Source of the DNA: Calditrichaceae bacterium
GTDB taxonomy: Bacteria; Calditrichota; Calditrichia; Calditrichales; JBFXGD01
Assembly: GCA_050178385.1 (NCBI GenBank)
Contig: JBFXGD010000035.1
Span: forward strand, 1 to 26,361
DNA: 26,361 nt
Direction: 5' to 3'
The notes under the pieces are model-generated. The model searched no databases, was not told the origin of the DNA, and saw only the letters and a list, made by a program, of their open reading frames with translations. Each line of letters begins with the position of its first letter. The first letter of the stretch is position 1. Shown here one piece after another: positions 18,297 to 26,361 of this stretch. Made by a program: the position numbers and the translations under genes.

Positions 18297-19202
18297 ATGT
18301 ATAGATTCATAACTTTTTTGATATTACTGTATTTAATGATTGCCTGCAGCCCTCAACCAGTTCGTAAGGAGTTACCCGCGGATGATAGCGCAGCCGCCGG
18401 CTCTGCCAAAACCGGATATGTTTTAAAAGAAACAGTAAATCTGCGCGCCCGGGGCAATACACGATCCGATGTCGTGAACACACTCAATGACGGTGATGAA
18501 GTAAGTATTCACCGAAATGTAAATGGCTGGTATGAAATATCCACAGAAAATCATATTCACGGCTGGATTCGGAGTGATCTCATCGGACCGCGATCACTAA
18601 GTCACACACGTATGGCTGCAGCCTTTACCGACAGTACCCTTCCTGCGTTTAACAGTGAATTATACTTTGACAAGACAGAATTGTACCGCACTATATATCT
18701 GATCCTGCCTGAAAAATATTACGGATCAGAAAGCAGCGCGAAGGCCCAGGCCCGAAATATTGGAGACGCATATCAGGAAATAGTGTATCAGGGTGACATT
18801 GAAATCCGCGTGATGAAACCTGATTCACAGGATTTATTCACAAAAGTCCGGATCCCGGCGATCGGCGATGCCGAAATTCCTGTTCCCGTGCTGGATTACG
18901 GCTGGCTTGTCTCGTTTAAAACACCAAAAAAGTATCAGGTGGTTTTAAATATTGCTGTCCCTGAAAATATAAAGGACTCTGAATTACTCAGAATGGCCCG
19001 GAAGATCTCCGGCATTTACAGCTATCCATATACAAAAGCAGAAATATATATTGTAAATGATAATGCAAACGGAATACGCTATTTAAACAATACGAACGAA
19101 AAGACCCTTGTACCGGAGGATTGCCGTCTTTATTATCTGGAAGACCAGGACGGGGAATTGTATAAATTTGGATATTGCGGGGAGGAGGGAAGTAAGAAGT
19201 AG
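18297..19202 (+). CDS. SH3b-domain lipoprotein
   Basis: Lipobox MIA|C; bacterial SH3 pattern VNLRARGNTRSDVVNTLNDGDEV…NGWYEI…GWIRSDLI; SD GGAG. Confidence 0.82.
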   Translation: MYRFITFLILLYLMIACSPQPVRKELPADDSAAAGSAKTGYVLKETVNLRARGNTRSDVVNTLNDGDEVSIHRNVNGWYEISTENHIHGWIRSDLIGPRSLSHTRMAAAFTDSTLPAFNSELYFDKTELYRTIYLILPEKYYGSESSAKAQARNIGDAYQEIVYQGDIEIRVMKPDSQDLFTKVRIPAIGDAEIPVPVLDYGWLVSFKTPKKYQVVLNIAVPENIKDSELLRMARKISGIYSYPYTKAEIYIVNDNANGIRYLNNTNEKTLVPEDCRLYYLEDQDGELYKFGYCGEEGSKK

Positions 19203-19328
19203 GAAGTAGGAAGTTAAGATAAAAGAAAAAAGATAGAAGAAAAAAGAGGGGAATCGGGTATATAGGTGGGGATGGAAATCGGGTAAAATGCCAGGAATTG
19301 GGATTTAGGAATGGAAAGAGGAAGTAAG
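19188..19328 (+). repeat. Degenerate purine-rich heptamer tandem array
   Basis: GGAAGTA AGAAGTA GGAAGTA GGAAGTT AAGATAA AAGAAAA AAGATAG AAGAAAA AAGAGGG, later GGAATTG GGATTTA GGAATGG. Confidence 0.65.
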
Positions 19329-19425
19329 TCGTTCCGAATCACCTATTTTAAGCGTGGTGTGAAATTATAGCCAAGATTTTTTGACAGTCTTTCCCTATCA
19401 TCATCAGGGCAGTAAAACAATTGGT

Positions 19426-19460
19426 AGCAAACGGTTTAACACCGCGGCTTGCTTTTTTTT
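19426..19460 (+). terminator. Possible intrinsic terminator between convergent genes
   Basis: AGCAA…CGGT-TTAAC-ACCG…TTGCT imperfect stem followed by a T8 run. Confidence 0.4.
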
Positions 19461-19480
19461 CTTTTGTCTTTTTTCTTTCT

Positions 19481-20476
19481 TTATACTCTTTCAGATTTCT
19501 TACGAATCAGCAGATAAATAAAGAAGGGCCCGCCCAGTATGGAAGTGATAATTCCCACAGGAAGTTCAGCCGGAGAGATAATCGTCCGCGCCAGAGTGTC
19601 ACACCATACCAGGAAACTGCCTCCCAAAAGTATCGTTCCCGGAAATAATACGCGGTGATCCGGTCCGGTTAAAAGCCTCAGAACATGTGGAATGATCAAT
19701 CCCACAAATCCGATCGGTCCGGCGATTGAGACGATAATCCCCACCAGAATCGATGCCAGAAAAAAGCTCCATTTTTGTAATCGATCGACCTGAACACCTT
19801 TGGAGAGCGCAAGCTCATTCCCCGCCAGAATCAGATTAAAAGCGCGACGGTTTACATATGCATATCCAAAAACAACTGCCAGAATAATCAATATTGCCAG
19901 AGGATAATTCCAGTCCGTTACATCGAGAGCCCCCATCAGCCAGTGCACCATGCGGTAGGTTTCCGTAAAATCGGCGATATAATGAATAAAAAGTGTAAAT
20001 GCGGAGAAAAACAGACTTATGGTAACCCCTGCCAGGATAAGAGTATAAGTGGATAATTCCCTGTCACCGCTCGCAATCAGATAAATAATCAAAATGCTAA
20101 GCAGGCTGCCGGCAATTGAAAAAAGACCAACGGATGAAAATATAAAGATATTGAAAATGATTCCGCTTTTTATGGCTACGACCGCGCCGAAGGCCCCGCC
20201 GCTGGAAACACCGAGTGTGTATGGCGTCGCCAGATCATTACGAAGAAGAGCCTGAAAAATAGCGCCTACAATGGATAATCCCGCGCCCACGAGAAAAGCA
20301 AACGCGATTCTCGGCATCCGGATCGACAGCAGAATGCGCCCGCTGACAGATGATGGATCATTAAAAGCATCTATGAAATTGACGGGACTGCTTCCGATCA
20401 GGGGAGAAAACAGCAAAGTCAGAATCGCGAAAATAAAGATAATAAACAGAAACGTTTTTGATCCGGATCTCATCAT
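19481..20476 (-). CDS. FecCD/BtuC-family ABC transporter permease (iron-chelate/cobalamin type)
   Basis: IRMPRI, FQALLRNDLATPYTLGVSSGGAFG, GPIGFVGLIIPHVLR, DTLARTIISPAELPVGIITSILGGPFFIYLL; multiple TM helices. Confidence 0.92.
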   Translation of the reverse strand: MMRSGSKTFLFIIFIFAILTLLFSPLIGSSPVNFIDAFNDPSSVSGRILLSIRMPRIAFAFLVGAGLSIVGAIFQALLRNDLATPYTLGVSSGGAFGAVVAIKSGIIFNIFIFSSVGLFSIAGSLLSILIIYLIASGDRELSTYTLILAGVTISLFFSAFTLFIHYIADFTETYRMVHWLMGALDVTDWNYPLAILIILAVVFGYAYVNRRAFNLILAGNELALSKGVQVDRLQKWSFFLASILVGIIVSIAGPIGFVGLIIPHVLRLLTGPDHRVLFPGTILLGGSFLVWCDTLARTIISPAELPVGIITSILGGPFFIYLLIRKKSERV

Positions 20477-20607
20477 TCATTATTCCAAAGTCAGCGCGCC
20501 AAATTATCGTCTAATATAAACATTTCAGGGAAAAATTAAACTTAAAAAAAACTGAAATTCGTTAACCGCTAAAAAATTAGTTTGTTTTTATACATACAAT
20601 ATTTATA

Positions 20608-20627
20608 TTATGGGCATATGCTCATAA
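20608..20627. promoter_or_regulatory. Palindromic operator upstream of the DUF134 gene
   Basis: TTATGGGCAT|ATGCTCATAA, 20-bp palindrome with one mismatched pair, overlapping a TATATT -10 (20604-20609; TTGTTT -35 at 20582-20587) and directly before SD AAAGGA. Confidence 0.7.
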
Positions 20628-20639
20628 CAAAGGAAAAAC

Positions 20640-21488
20640 ATGGCGCGTCCACATAAATGCAGGAAAATTCATTCAAGGCATGATTTGCTGCCGATGGCAC
20701 CGGTCGGATATGAAGCATCCGGTCTGGAAAAGGTAGAGCTGGACACGGACGAGATAGAAGCATTTCGGCTTGCTTATCACGAAGGGCTGTATCATCAGGA
20801 TGCCGCTGAGATTATGGGTGTCTCGAGGCAGACGTTCGGCAGGATTCTTAATAAATCCCTTCGAAAAATAGCCGACGCGCTCTTGAATCAGAAATCAATC
20901 CATTTCAATAATTCGGATAGTGCTTCCGAAGTCGTATTTATCGAATGCCCTGCCTGCCGGATTGAATTCAGGGGCACGAAATCCCCCTGCTGCCCGAACT
21001 GCGGCCGGGACGCCGGATTAACACAAAATTATCAAAAATCTTATCCAAGAAGAAGTGAATATTTATCAAAGGGAGAAAATATGGGACAGACTAAGATTGC
21101 TTTCAGCACCAACAATGGCAAAACCATCACAGGTCACATGGGGAGAACAAAACATTTTTTGATTGTAACCATCGAAGGAGATAAAATCACTAATCGCGCG
21201 ATGGTTGAAAATCTGATGAAACATGATGATAACCATCACCATGAGCACGGAGATGAACATGGACACGGTCATCATCACGATCACGGTCACGAGCACAGCC
21301 ATCATTCACATGAAGATCTGATTAAAACACTGGAGGGATGTTCCGCGGTATTCACACGGACTGCCGGACCCAGACTGATCGAAGAATTAAAAACGAATAA
21401 TATCAAATGCTATTTTGTGGATAATCCGGATGTGGACGCCACCCTTGAGAAACTGTTAAAAAACGAACTTGAAGTGGAAGAATTTTAA
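20640..21488 (+). CDS. DUF134 HTH protein + Zn ribbon fused to a NifB/NifX-family (FeMo-co-binding fold) domain with a His-rich loop
   Basis: MARPHKCRKI…LDTDEIEAFRLAYHEGLYHQDAAEIMGVSRQTFGRIL…KIADAL (DUF134); CPAC…CPNC; KIAFSTNNGKTITGHMGRTKHFLIVTIE…GCSAVFTRTAGPR (NifB/NifX); 16 His in 30 residues. Confidence 0.85.
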   Translation: MARPHKCRKIHSRHDLLPMAPVGYEASGLEKVELDTDEIEAFRLAYHEGLYHQDAAEIMGVSRQTFGRILNKSLRKIADALLNQKSIHFNNSDSASEVVFIECPACRIEFRGTKSPCCPNCGRDAGLTQNYQKSYPRRSEYLSKGENMGQTKIAFSTNNGKTITGHMGRTKHFLIVTIEGDKITNRAMVENLMKHDDNHHHEHGDEHGHGHHHDHGHEHSHHSHEDLIKTLEGCSAVFTRTAGPRLIEELKTNNIKCYFVDNPDVDATLEKLLKNELEVEEF

Positions 21489-21493
21489 ACCGG

Positions 21494-21544
21494 AAAAAAA
21501 CAGATCAATCCGGTCAATTACTGCCCGGACTGATCTTTATTTTT
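21494..21544. terminator. Bidirectional terminator between the DUF134 fusion and murA
   Basis: AGATCAATCCGG (21502-21513) / CCGGACTGATCT (21525-21536), one mismatch, A7 upstream and T-rich run downstream. Confidence 0.7.
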
Positions 21545-22802
21545 ATTGTTCACGAGTGATGCTGGCGCCTAGCTTGTTTAAACGGGCGGCAATATCTTCA
21601 TATCCCCTGTCAACCAGTTCAATCCGGTCGATCCGGCTTGTGCCTCTGGCCGTCAAAGCGGCGATTACCAGCGCGATACCGGCCCTGATATCCGGGCTAC
21701 TGAGTTCCTGACCGCGCAGCATCGTCGGACCGGAAACCAGGACACGATGCGGATCGCACTGCACAATCTGCGCTCCCATGATGATCAGTTTATCAACAAA
21801 AAACATCCGCCCTTCAAACATCCAGTCATGACAAAGGGTTGTCCCTTTCGCCTGGGTCGCCAAAACAATCATCGGACTCATTAAATCAGTAGGGAATCCC
21901 GGCCATAATCCCACCTGGATCTTTTTAGCCTGAGAGACCGGTTCAGACGGCCGCACCTTCAGCGTCTTATGATCGATAAACTCCAAATCAACATTCATCT
22001 GCTTCATATAATGATAGGTCATCCGCAGATCTTCACGATAGGCATCGTGAATAATCATCTCCCCTTTTGTGGAGGCGGCGGCGATTGCCAAAGTACCCGC
22101 TTCGATATGATCCGGCATAATCCGGTGCCTGAATCCGCTGAGTTTATCTTTCCCGGAGATGATGAGCCGGTTGGTTCCTCTTCCGCTGATTCCCGCGCCC
22201 ATCTTTTTCAGCACATCCGCCAGATCGGATACATGCGGTTCGCTGGCCGCGTTGTCTATGGTGGTTTCACCCGCGACAGAAGCGGCAAGGAGCATGGCGT
22301 TTTCTGTTGCCGTCACCGAAGCTTCTTTCAGAAATATGTATGGCGCCCGCGGAGATGATAAATTCGCTTTATAATTTTTTTCATCAAATTCCAGAGTGGC
22401 TCCGAACGATTCAATGACATCAAAATGGCTGTCCACATTTCTGCGGCCTATCACACAACCACCGGGAGGCACCATTTCCACCTCACCGGTTTTTGCCAGG
22501 ATCACGCTCAGGTAAAGAATGGAGGCCCGCAATTTATTTGCCAGCGCGTCGTTAACCCTGGTTTTGGAAATCGAACCGCTGACCTTACATACATTCGGCG
22601 CCGTTCTCTCTACCTTTTTTCCTAAATCCGCCAGGATTTCAAGCATTACATCCACATCGCGGATAGCCGGCATATTTTCAATAATGCAATCTTCATCCGT
22701 TAGCGCGGCTGCCGCGATAATCGGTAACGCGGCATTTTTATTTCCCGCCACTTTTATTTCACCGTTCAGCGGAATACCACCCTCAATAATAAATTTAGAC
22801 AT
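21543..22802 (-). CDS. murA: UDP-N-acetylglucosamine 1-carboxyvinyltransferase
   Basis: GNKNAALPII, LRASI, PGGCVIGRR (active-site Cys), ASVTATEN, NAASEPHV, WPGFPTD, PDIRAG, DRGYE. Confidence 0.96.
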   Translation of the reverse strand: MSKFIIEGGIPLNGEIKVAGNKNAALPIIAAAALTDEDCIIENMPAIRDVDVMLEILADLGKKVERTAPNVCKVSGSISKTRVNDALANKLRASILYLSVILAKTGEVEMVPPGGCVIGRRNVDSHFDVIESFGATLEFDEKNYKANLSSPRAPYIFLKEASVTATENAMLLAASVAGETTIDNAASEPHVSDLADVLKKMGAGISGRGTNRLIISGKDKLSGFRHRIMPDHIEAGTLAIAAASTKGEMIIHDAYREDLRMTYHYMKQMNVDLEFIDHKTLKVRPSEPVSQAKKIQVGLWPGFPTDLMSPMIVLATQAKGTTLCHDWMFEGRMFFVDKLIIMGAQIVQCDPHRVLVSGPTMLRGQELSSPDIRAGIALVIAALTARGTSRIDRIELVDRGYEDIAARLNKLGASITREQ

Positions 22803-22811
22803 GTTATACCT

Positions 22812-23852
22812 TTAAAATTTTCCGATTAATTCAACTTCTGTTTTCAATTCAATTCCCAGCTTCTCCCGGGCTTTTTCCCTGACGAGATTAATCAATGCCG
22901 CCACATCCGAAGCGCGGGCATCCCCGAGATTTTCGATAAACGCGGCATGACTTTCAGAAATTACCGCGTCACCCTTCCCTGTTCCTTTCAGATGTAATAC
23001 CTGATCAATCACATATCCCATCGAGGAAGTCGGTAAATCCAGGTCAATCCTGTCTTCTTCGCTCAGATTACGAAAGATACATCCCGCCGAACGCCAGGGC
23101 TGATTGGACTTCTCTTTGGACCAGTTTTTTGCCAGTTCGCGTGCTTTTTCCACATCGCCGGCCTTTAGCCTGAGATCCGCCCAGAGAACCACTTCCTTTG
23201 TCTCGTGCAGGATACTGCTGTCATAATCAAACTGAAAGTAATCATGATCAACAATTTTTGTTTTAAGGCCATCCGTCACAGCCGCTTTTTCCACCAGATC
23301 ACCAAAATAATGATGCCCGCCGTGCATATTCATGTAAATCGCTCCGCCGACCGTCCCAGGTATTCCCGCAAACCATTGCAAACCGGTGATGCCTTCTTCA
23401 AAAAGCGTTTTCATAAAAAGATACAGCTTCAGGCCGGAATCCGCGCGGACGATTCTGTCAGGCGCGTCGTCTTCATTATAGCTCAGAGCGGTATTTGAAT
23501 TCATCGACGGGCTGAGAGAATCAAACCTGCTCTGCACATGTTTCCTGCCATCCGTCGCTGTTTTTTCATCAAGGATTTTCCAGGACGAAGTATTATTATA
23601 GATAACAAGGCCATCAAATCCGTCATCTGAAACGATAATATTGCTGCCTTTTCCGATCACGAAAAACTTTACATCAAGAGCGTGAGCCCGCATGATGGAT
23701 GTTTCCAGCTCATGATTGTCCTTTGCTTCCACAAACAACCGGGCATTGCCTCCGACTTTCATAGTTGTGTATGGCGCGATCGGTTCATTCCTGCGAACAT
23801 CTATATTGAGTTTGATTAACTCTTTTTCGAGTTGATTCATATTCTGTATCAT
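22812..23852 (-). CDS. murB: UDP-N-acetylmuramate dehydrogenase with an internal insertion
   Basis: YTTMKVGGNA, IGKGSNIIVSDDGFDG, GLQWFAGIPGTVGGAIYMN, QPWRSAGCIFRN, HAAFIENLGDARASDV, LKTEVELIG. Confidence 0.92.
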   Translation of the reverse strand: MIQNMNQLEKELIKLNIDVRRNEPIAPYTTMKVGGNARLFVEAKDNHELETSIMRAHALDVKFFVIGKGSNIIVSDDGFDGLVIYNNTSSWKILDEKTATDGRKHVQSRFDSLSPSMNSNTALSYNEDDAPDRIVRADSGLKLYLFMKTLFEEGITGLQWFAGIPGTVGGAIYMNMHGGHHYFGDLVEKAAVTDGLKTKIVDHDYFQFDYDSSILHETKEVVLWADLRLKAGDVEKARELAKNWSKEKSNQPWRSAGCIFRNLSEEDRIDLDLPTSSMGYVIDQVLHLKGTGKGDAVISESHAAFIENLGDARASDVAALINLVREKAREKLGIELKTEVELIGKF

Positions 23853-24330
23853 TAGCTCATTACCCTAAATATGTTATAAATGACCAGCGTGTCAATTTAT
23901 TAAATCCACCACAAAAAACAAGTATTTCATGATCACTCGTATAGCCGGTTAACGGATTTAATGATAGAAAATTTAACTTCAATTCATTAAAGAGAATATA
24001 ATGACATACTTAATATATTAATAATCTCTTTAGTCGATATCTCTTGCTTATCGCCGGCTAAAACGAGAGATTCTTTAGTCTAAATTCTAGTCATCGGATG
24101 TAAAAACGATCTGAAGCAATAATGAACTAATGACGAGAAATATAATTCTTGGATATAATTGGATATAATAAAAAGGAATAAATCGTATTAAAAGATTTGT
24201 TTAATTACAATGACTAATGGTTGGGAAATTCAATATAGAAACCGACCTTTAATCTACACCATCGTATTATCAACATCGATTCCTCCTCAGCAAGCTATCT
24301 TTCTCGGCAACGATAGAAGAAAGTAGTAAA

Positions 24331-26361
24331 ATGATTGGGAAAAAATTACTCCATTACAGAATTATCGAAAAGCTCGGCCAGGGCGGAATGGGTGTGGTTT
24401 ACAAAGCCGATGACACCAAACTGGAACGTAAAATCGCTATCAAATTACTTCCCCGTCATTTTTCAACAAATCATTCTGAAAGAAGACGATTTGTTATAGA
24501 GGCCAGGGCAGCAGCAGCTTTGAATCATCCTAACATCGCAACAGTCTATGCAATTGAGGAAACCAATGATCAACTATTTATAACGATGGAATACATCGAT
24601 GGAAAAGAATTAAAAAAAATTATATTGGAAAATAATAATCGGCCTCTACCTCTAAAAGACGTGATAAATTATGCTTTACAAATATGCCAAGCATTAGAGG
24701 TCGCTCATAAAAAGGGAATAGTGCATCGTGACATAAAATCATCTAATATTATGGTTACCAGCCAGGGGATTGCAAAAATCATGGATTTTGGTCTGGCTAA
24801 ATTCATCGGTTCGACTCAACTGACAAAAACCGGAACTACTGTAGGCACTGTGGCATATATGTCTCCTGAGCAGATACGTGGTGAGAAAGTAGATCACCGG
24901 ACTGATATCTGGTCATTAGGCATTGTTCTTTATGAGATGCTTAGCGGACGATTACCATTTCAAGGCGAATATGATCAGGCCATACTTTATGCGATTGTTA
25001 ACACTGAACCGGAGCCACTAACCTGCTATAAAAGCGATTTTCCGGAAATATTACAAATTATCGTCGATAAGGCGCTAACCAAAGACACCGAGGCAAGATA
25101 TCAGAACATAAGCCAATTGACATCAGATCTAAGTAATATGGCGGTCAGCCACACAATCATATTAAAAGCCCTTTTTAAAAAACAGAATATTCACCGGCTG
25201 CTTTTAGCAGTTATGCTTTTACTTCTTACCATTAGCATTCTCTTTATAAAACCAGATTCAAAGGCTCCTGATGAGAATATCCATACTATTGCTGTTCTTC
25301 CTTTTGTTGACCGAAGTCTCAAAAAAAACTACGGGTACTTAGCTGATGGCTTGGCTGAGGAACTGTCGAATATGTTGGCCAGAAATCCAAATCTTCGGGT
25401 TACATCACGGACTTCTTCTTTCTCGTTCAAAGGAACAAACACCGACATACGGACCATTGCCAGAATACTTAACGTAGAAAATATCCTGGAAGGCAGCCTG
25501 CGTGAATCCGGCAATCAACTTCGTATCTCAACTCAATTGATTGATGTGTCCACCGACACATATATTTGGTCTGAGATATTTGACCAGAAATTGGAAAACA
25601 TTTTTTATGTACAGGAGAATATCACAAATTCCGTGGCTAAAACGCTTAAAGTTAGTCTTCCATTTGGTATGAGACAGACACAACAGTTGGAAACCATCCC
25701 GGAAGCGTACAACGCTTATCTACAAGGAATATATTTTGCAAAGCAGTTCGATGAAGCAAACTTGGAAAAGGCAATCACTTATTTGGAAAATGCGGTGGAG
25801 CTAGATCCGGGTTTTGCCAGAGCATGGGCGGACCTAGCCGGAGTACACATGAATCAAGCAGGATTTGGATATGTGCAGGCTGATGAAGGCCATAGGAAAG
25901 CGCGTAATGAACTAAACATAGCTCTTCAACTCAATCCTAAACTGGCCAGCGCCCTATCTGCAATGGGGTACATCTATTTTTCCTATGACCGGGATTGGGT
26001 TGCAGCGGATTCGGTCTTCCACCTGGCATTGAAATATGATCCGGTAGACGTAAACGCCGTTGCAGGATCGGCCCAATTGGCGGGTTTTCTTGGGCGCTTG
26101 GATGTAGCGATAGCAGGTATCAAAAGTTTGATTGAACATGATCCCCTGAACACTTCTGCACGCTATATCCTTGGTAAAAAAGCCTATTACGCCGGTCGTT
26201 TGGAGGAAGCTGAAGCTGCTTTCAGGAAAACCCTTGAATTAAATTCAGGATATCCAGGAGTGTATCCATATCTTACTCTTATCCATCTGGCGAAGAATAA
26301 TCCGGCTTCAGCACTCGCCGAAATAAGGAAAGAATCTGATCCTGCATGGCGTTTATTCGGA
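24331..26361 (+). CDS. Hanks-type Ser/Thr protein kinase - TM helix - TolB-N-like domain - TPR repeats (3' partial; not in the ORF track)
   Basis: Hand translation from ATG 24331: MIGKKLLHYRIIEKLGQGGMGVVYKA…IAIK…HRDIKSSN…DFG…GTVAYMSPEQ…DIWSLG; TM LLLAVMLLLLTISILFI; IAVLPF…ADGLAEEL…SRTSSFSFKG; TPRs (AITYLENAVELDPGFARAW); no stop seen, consistent with its absence from the ORF track. Confidence 0.92.
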   Translation, partial: MIGKKLLHYRIIEKLGQGGMGVVYKADDTKLERKIAIKLLPRHFSTNHSERRRFVIEARAAAALNHPNIATVYAIEETNDQLFITMEYIDGKELKKIILENNNRPLPLKDVINYALQICQALEVAHKKGIVHRDIKSSNIMVTSQGIAKIMDFGLAKFIGSTQLTKTGTTVGTVAYMSPEQIRGEKVDHRTDIWSLGIVLYEMLSGRLPFQGEYDQAILYAIVNTEPEPLTCYKSDFPEILQIIVDKALTKDTEARYQNISQLTSDLSNMAVSHTIILKALFKKQNIHRLLLAVMLLLLTISILFIKPDSKAPDENIHTIAVLPFVDRSLKKNYGYLADGLAEELSNMLARNPNLRVTSRTSSFSFKGTNTDIRTIARILNVENILEGSLRESGNQLRISTQLIDVSTDTYIWSEIFDQKLENIFYVQENITNSVAKTLKVSLPFGMRQTQQLETIPEAYNAYLQGIYFAKQFDEANLEKAITYLENAVELDPGFARAWADLAGVHMNQAGFGYVQADEGHRKARNELNIALQLNPKLASALSAMGYIYFSYDRDWVAADSVFHLALKYDPVDVNAVAGSAQLAGFLGRLDVAIAGIKSLIEHDPLNTSARYILGKKAYYAGRLEEAEAAFRKTLELNSGYPGVYPYLTLIHLAKNNPASALAEIRKESDPAWRLFG

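Noticed and set aside
19188..19330. Repeat tract as a CRISPR array
   Set aside because: Units are contiguous degenerate 7-mers with no unique spacers and no cas genes.
20477..20607. Possible cobalamin riboswitch or Fur box ahead of the permease
   Set aside because: Region is short and very AT-rich; no GGGAA/B12-box elements and no convincing GATAATGATAATCATTATC match.
21081..21488. NifX-like domain as evidence of nitrogen fixation
   Set aside because: NifB/NifX-family domains are widespread outside nif clusters; no nifHDK/EN genes in the window.

Overview
Bacterial chromosomal window, mostly housekeeping. Gene style (Sec signal peptides ending before Gln, TAnnTTTG-type -10 boxes together with real Shine-Dalgarno sites, kinase-TolB-TPR gene) suggests an FCB-group organism such as Calditrichota; this is inference only. 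Left to right: M29 aminopeptidase; a translationally coupled NHL beta-propeller + 1183-aa probable giant outer-membrane barrel; small DUF2892 gene; rpmA-rplU; RNase G/E; fused TIGR03960/TIGR03936-type radical SAM protein; lone argR; a lipoprotein; nadC-nadA-nadB; TPR protein; atypical Glu/Asp racemase; SH3b lipoprotein; orphan FecCD/BtuC permease divergent from a DUF134-Zn ribbon-NifB/NifX(His-rich) fusion with a 20-bp palindromic operator; murB-murA; and a Ser/Thr kinase-TM-TolB-like-TPR gene running off the right end (missing from the ORF track). No rRNA, intact tRNA, CRISPR or transposase was seen. Best leads: (1) the DUF134/NifX His-rich metal module with its operator, internal start and divergent permease; (2) the radical SAM/TruA-like fusion tied to RNase G and L21/L27, a candidate RNA-modification system; (3) the SprA-motif giant barrel + NHL pair; (4) inverted heptamer arrays bracketing an empty ~210-bp core. 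All family calls are by eye from motifs; no database searches were run.
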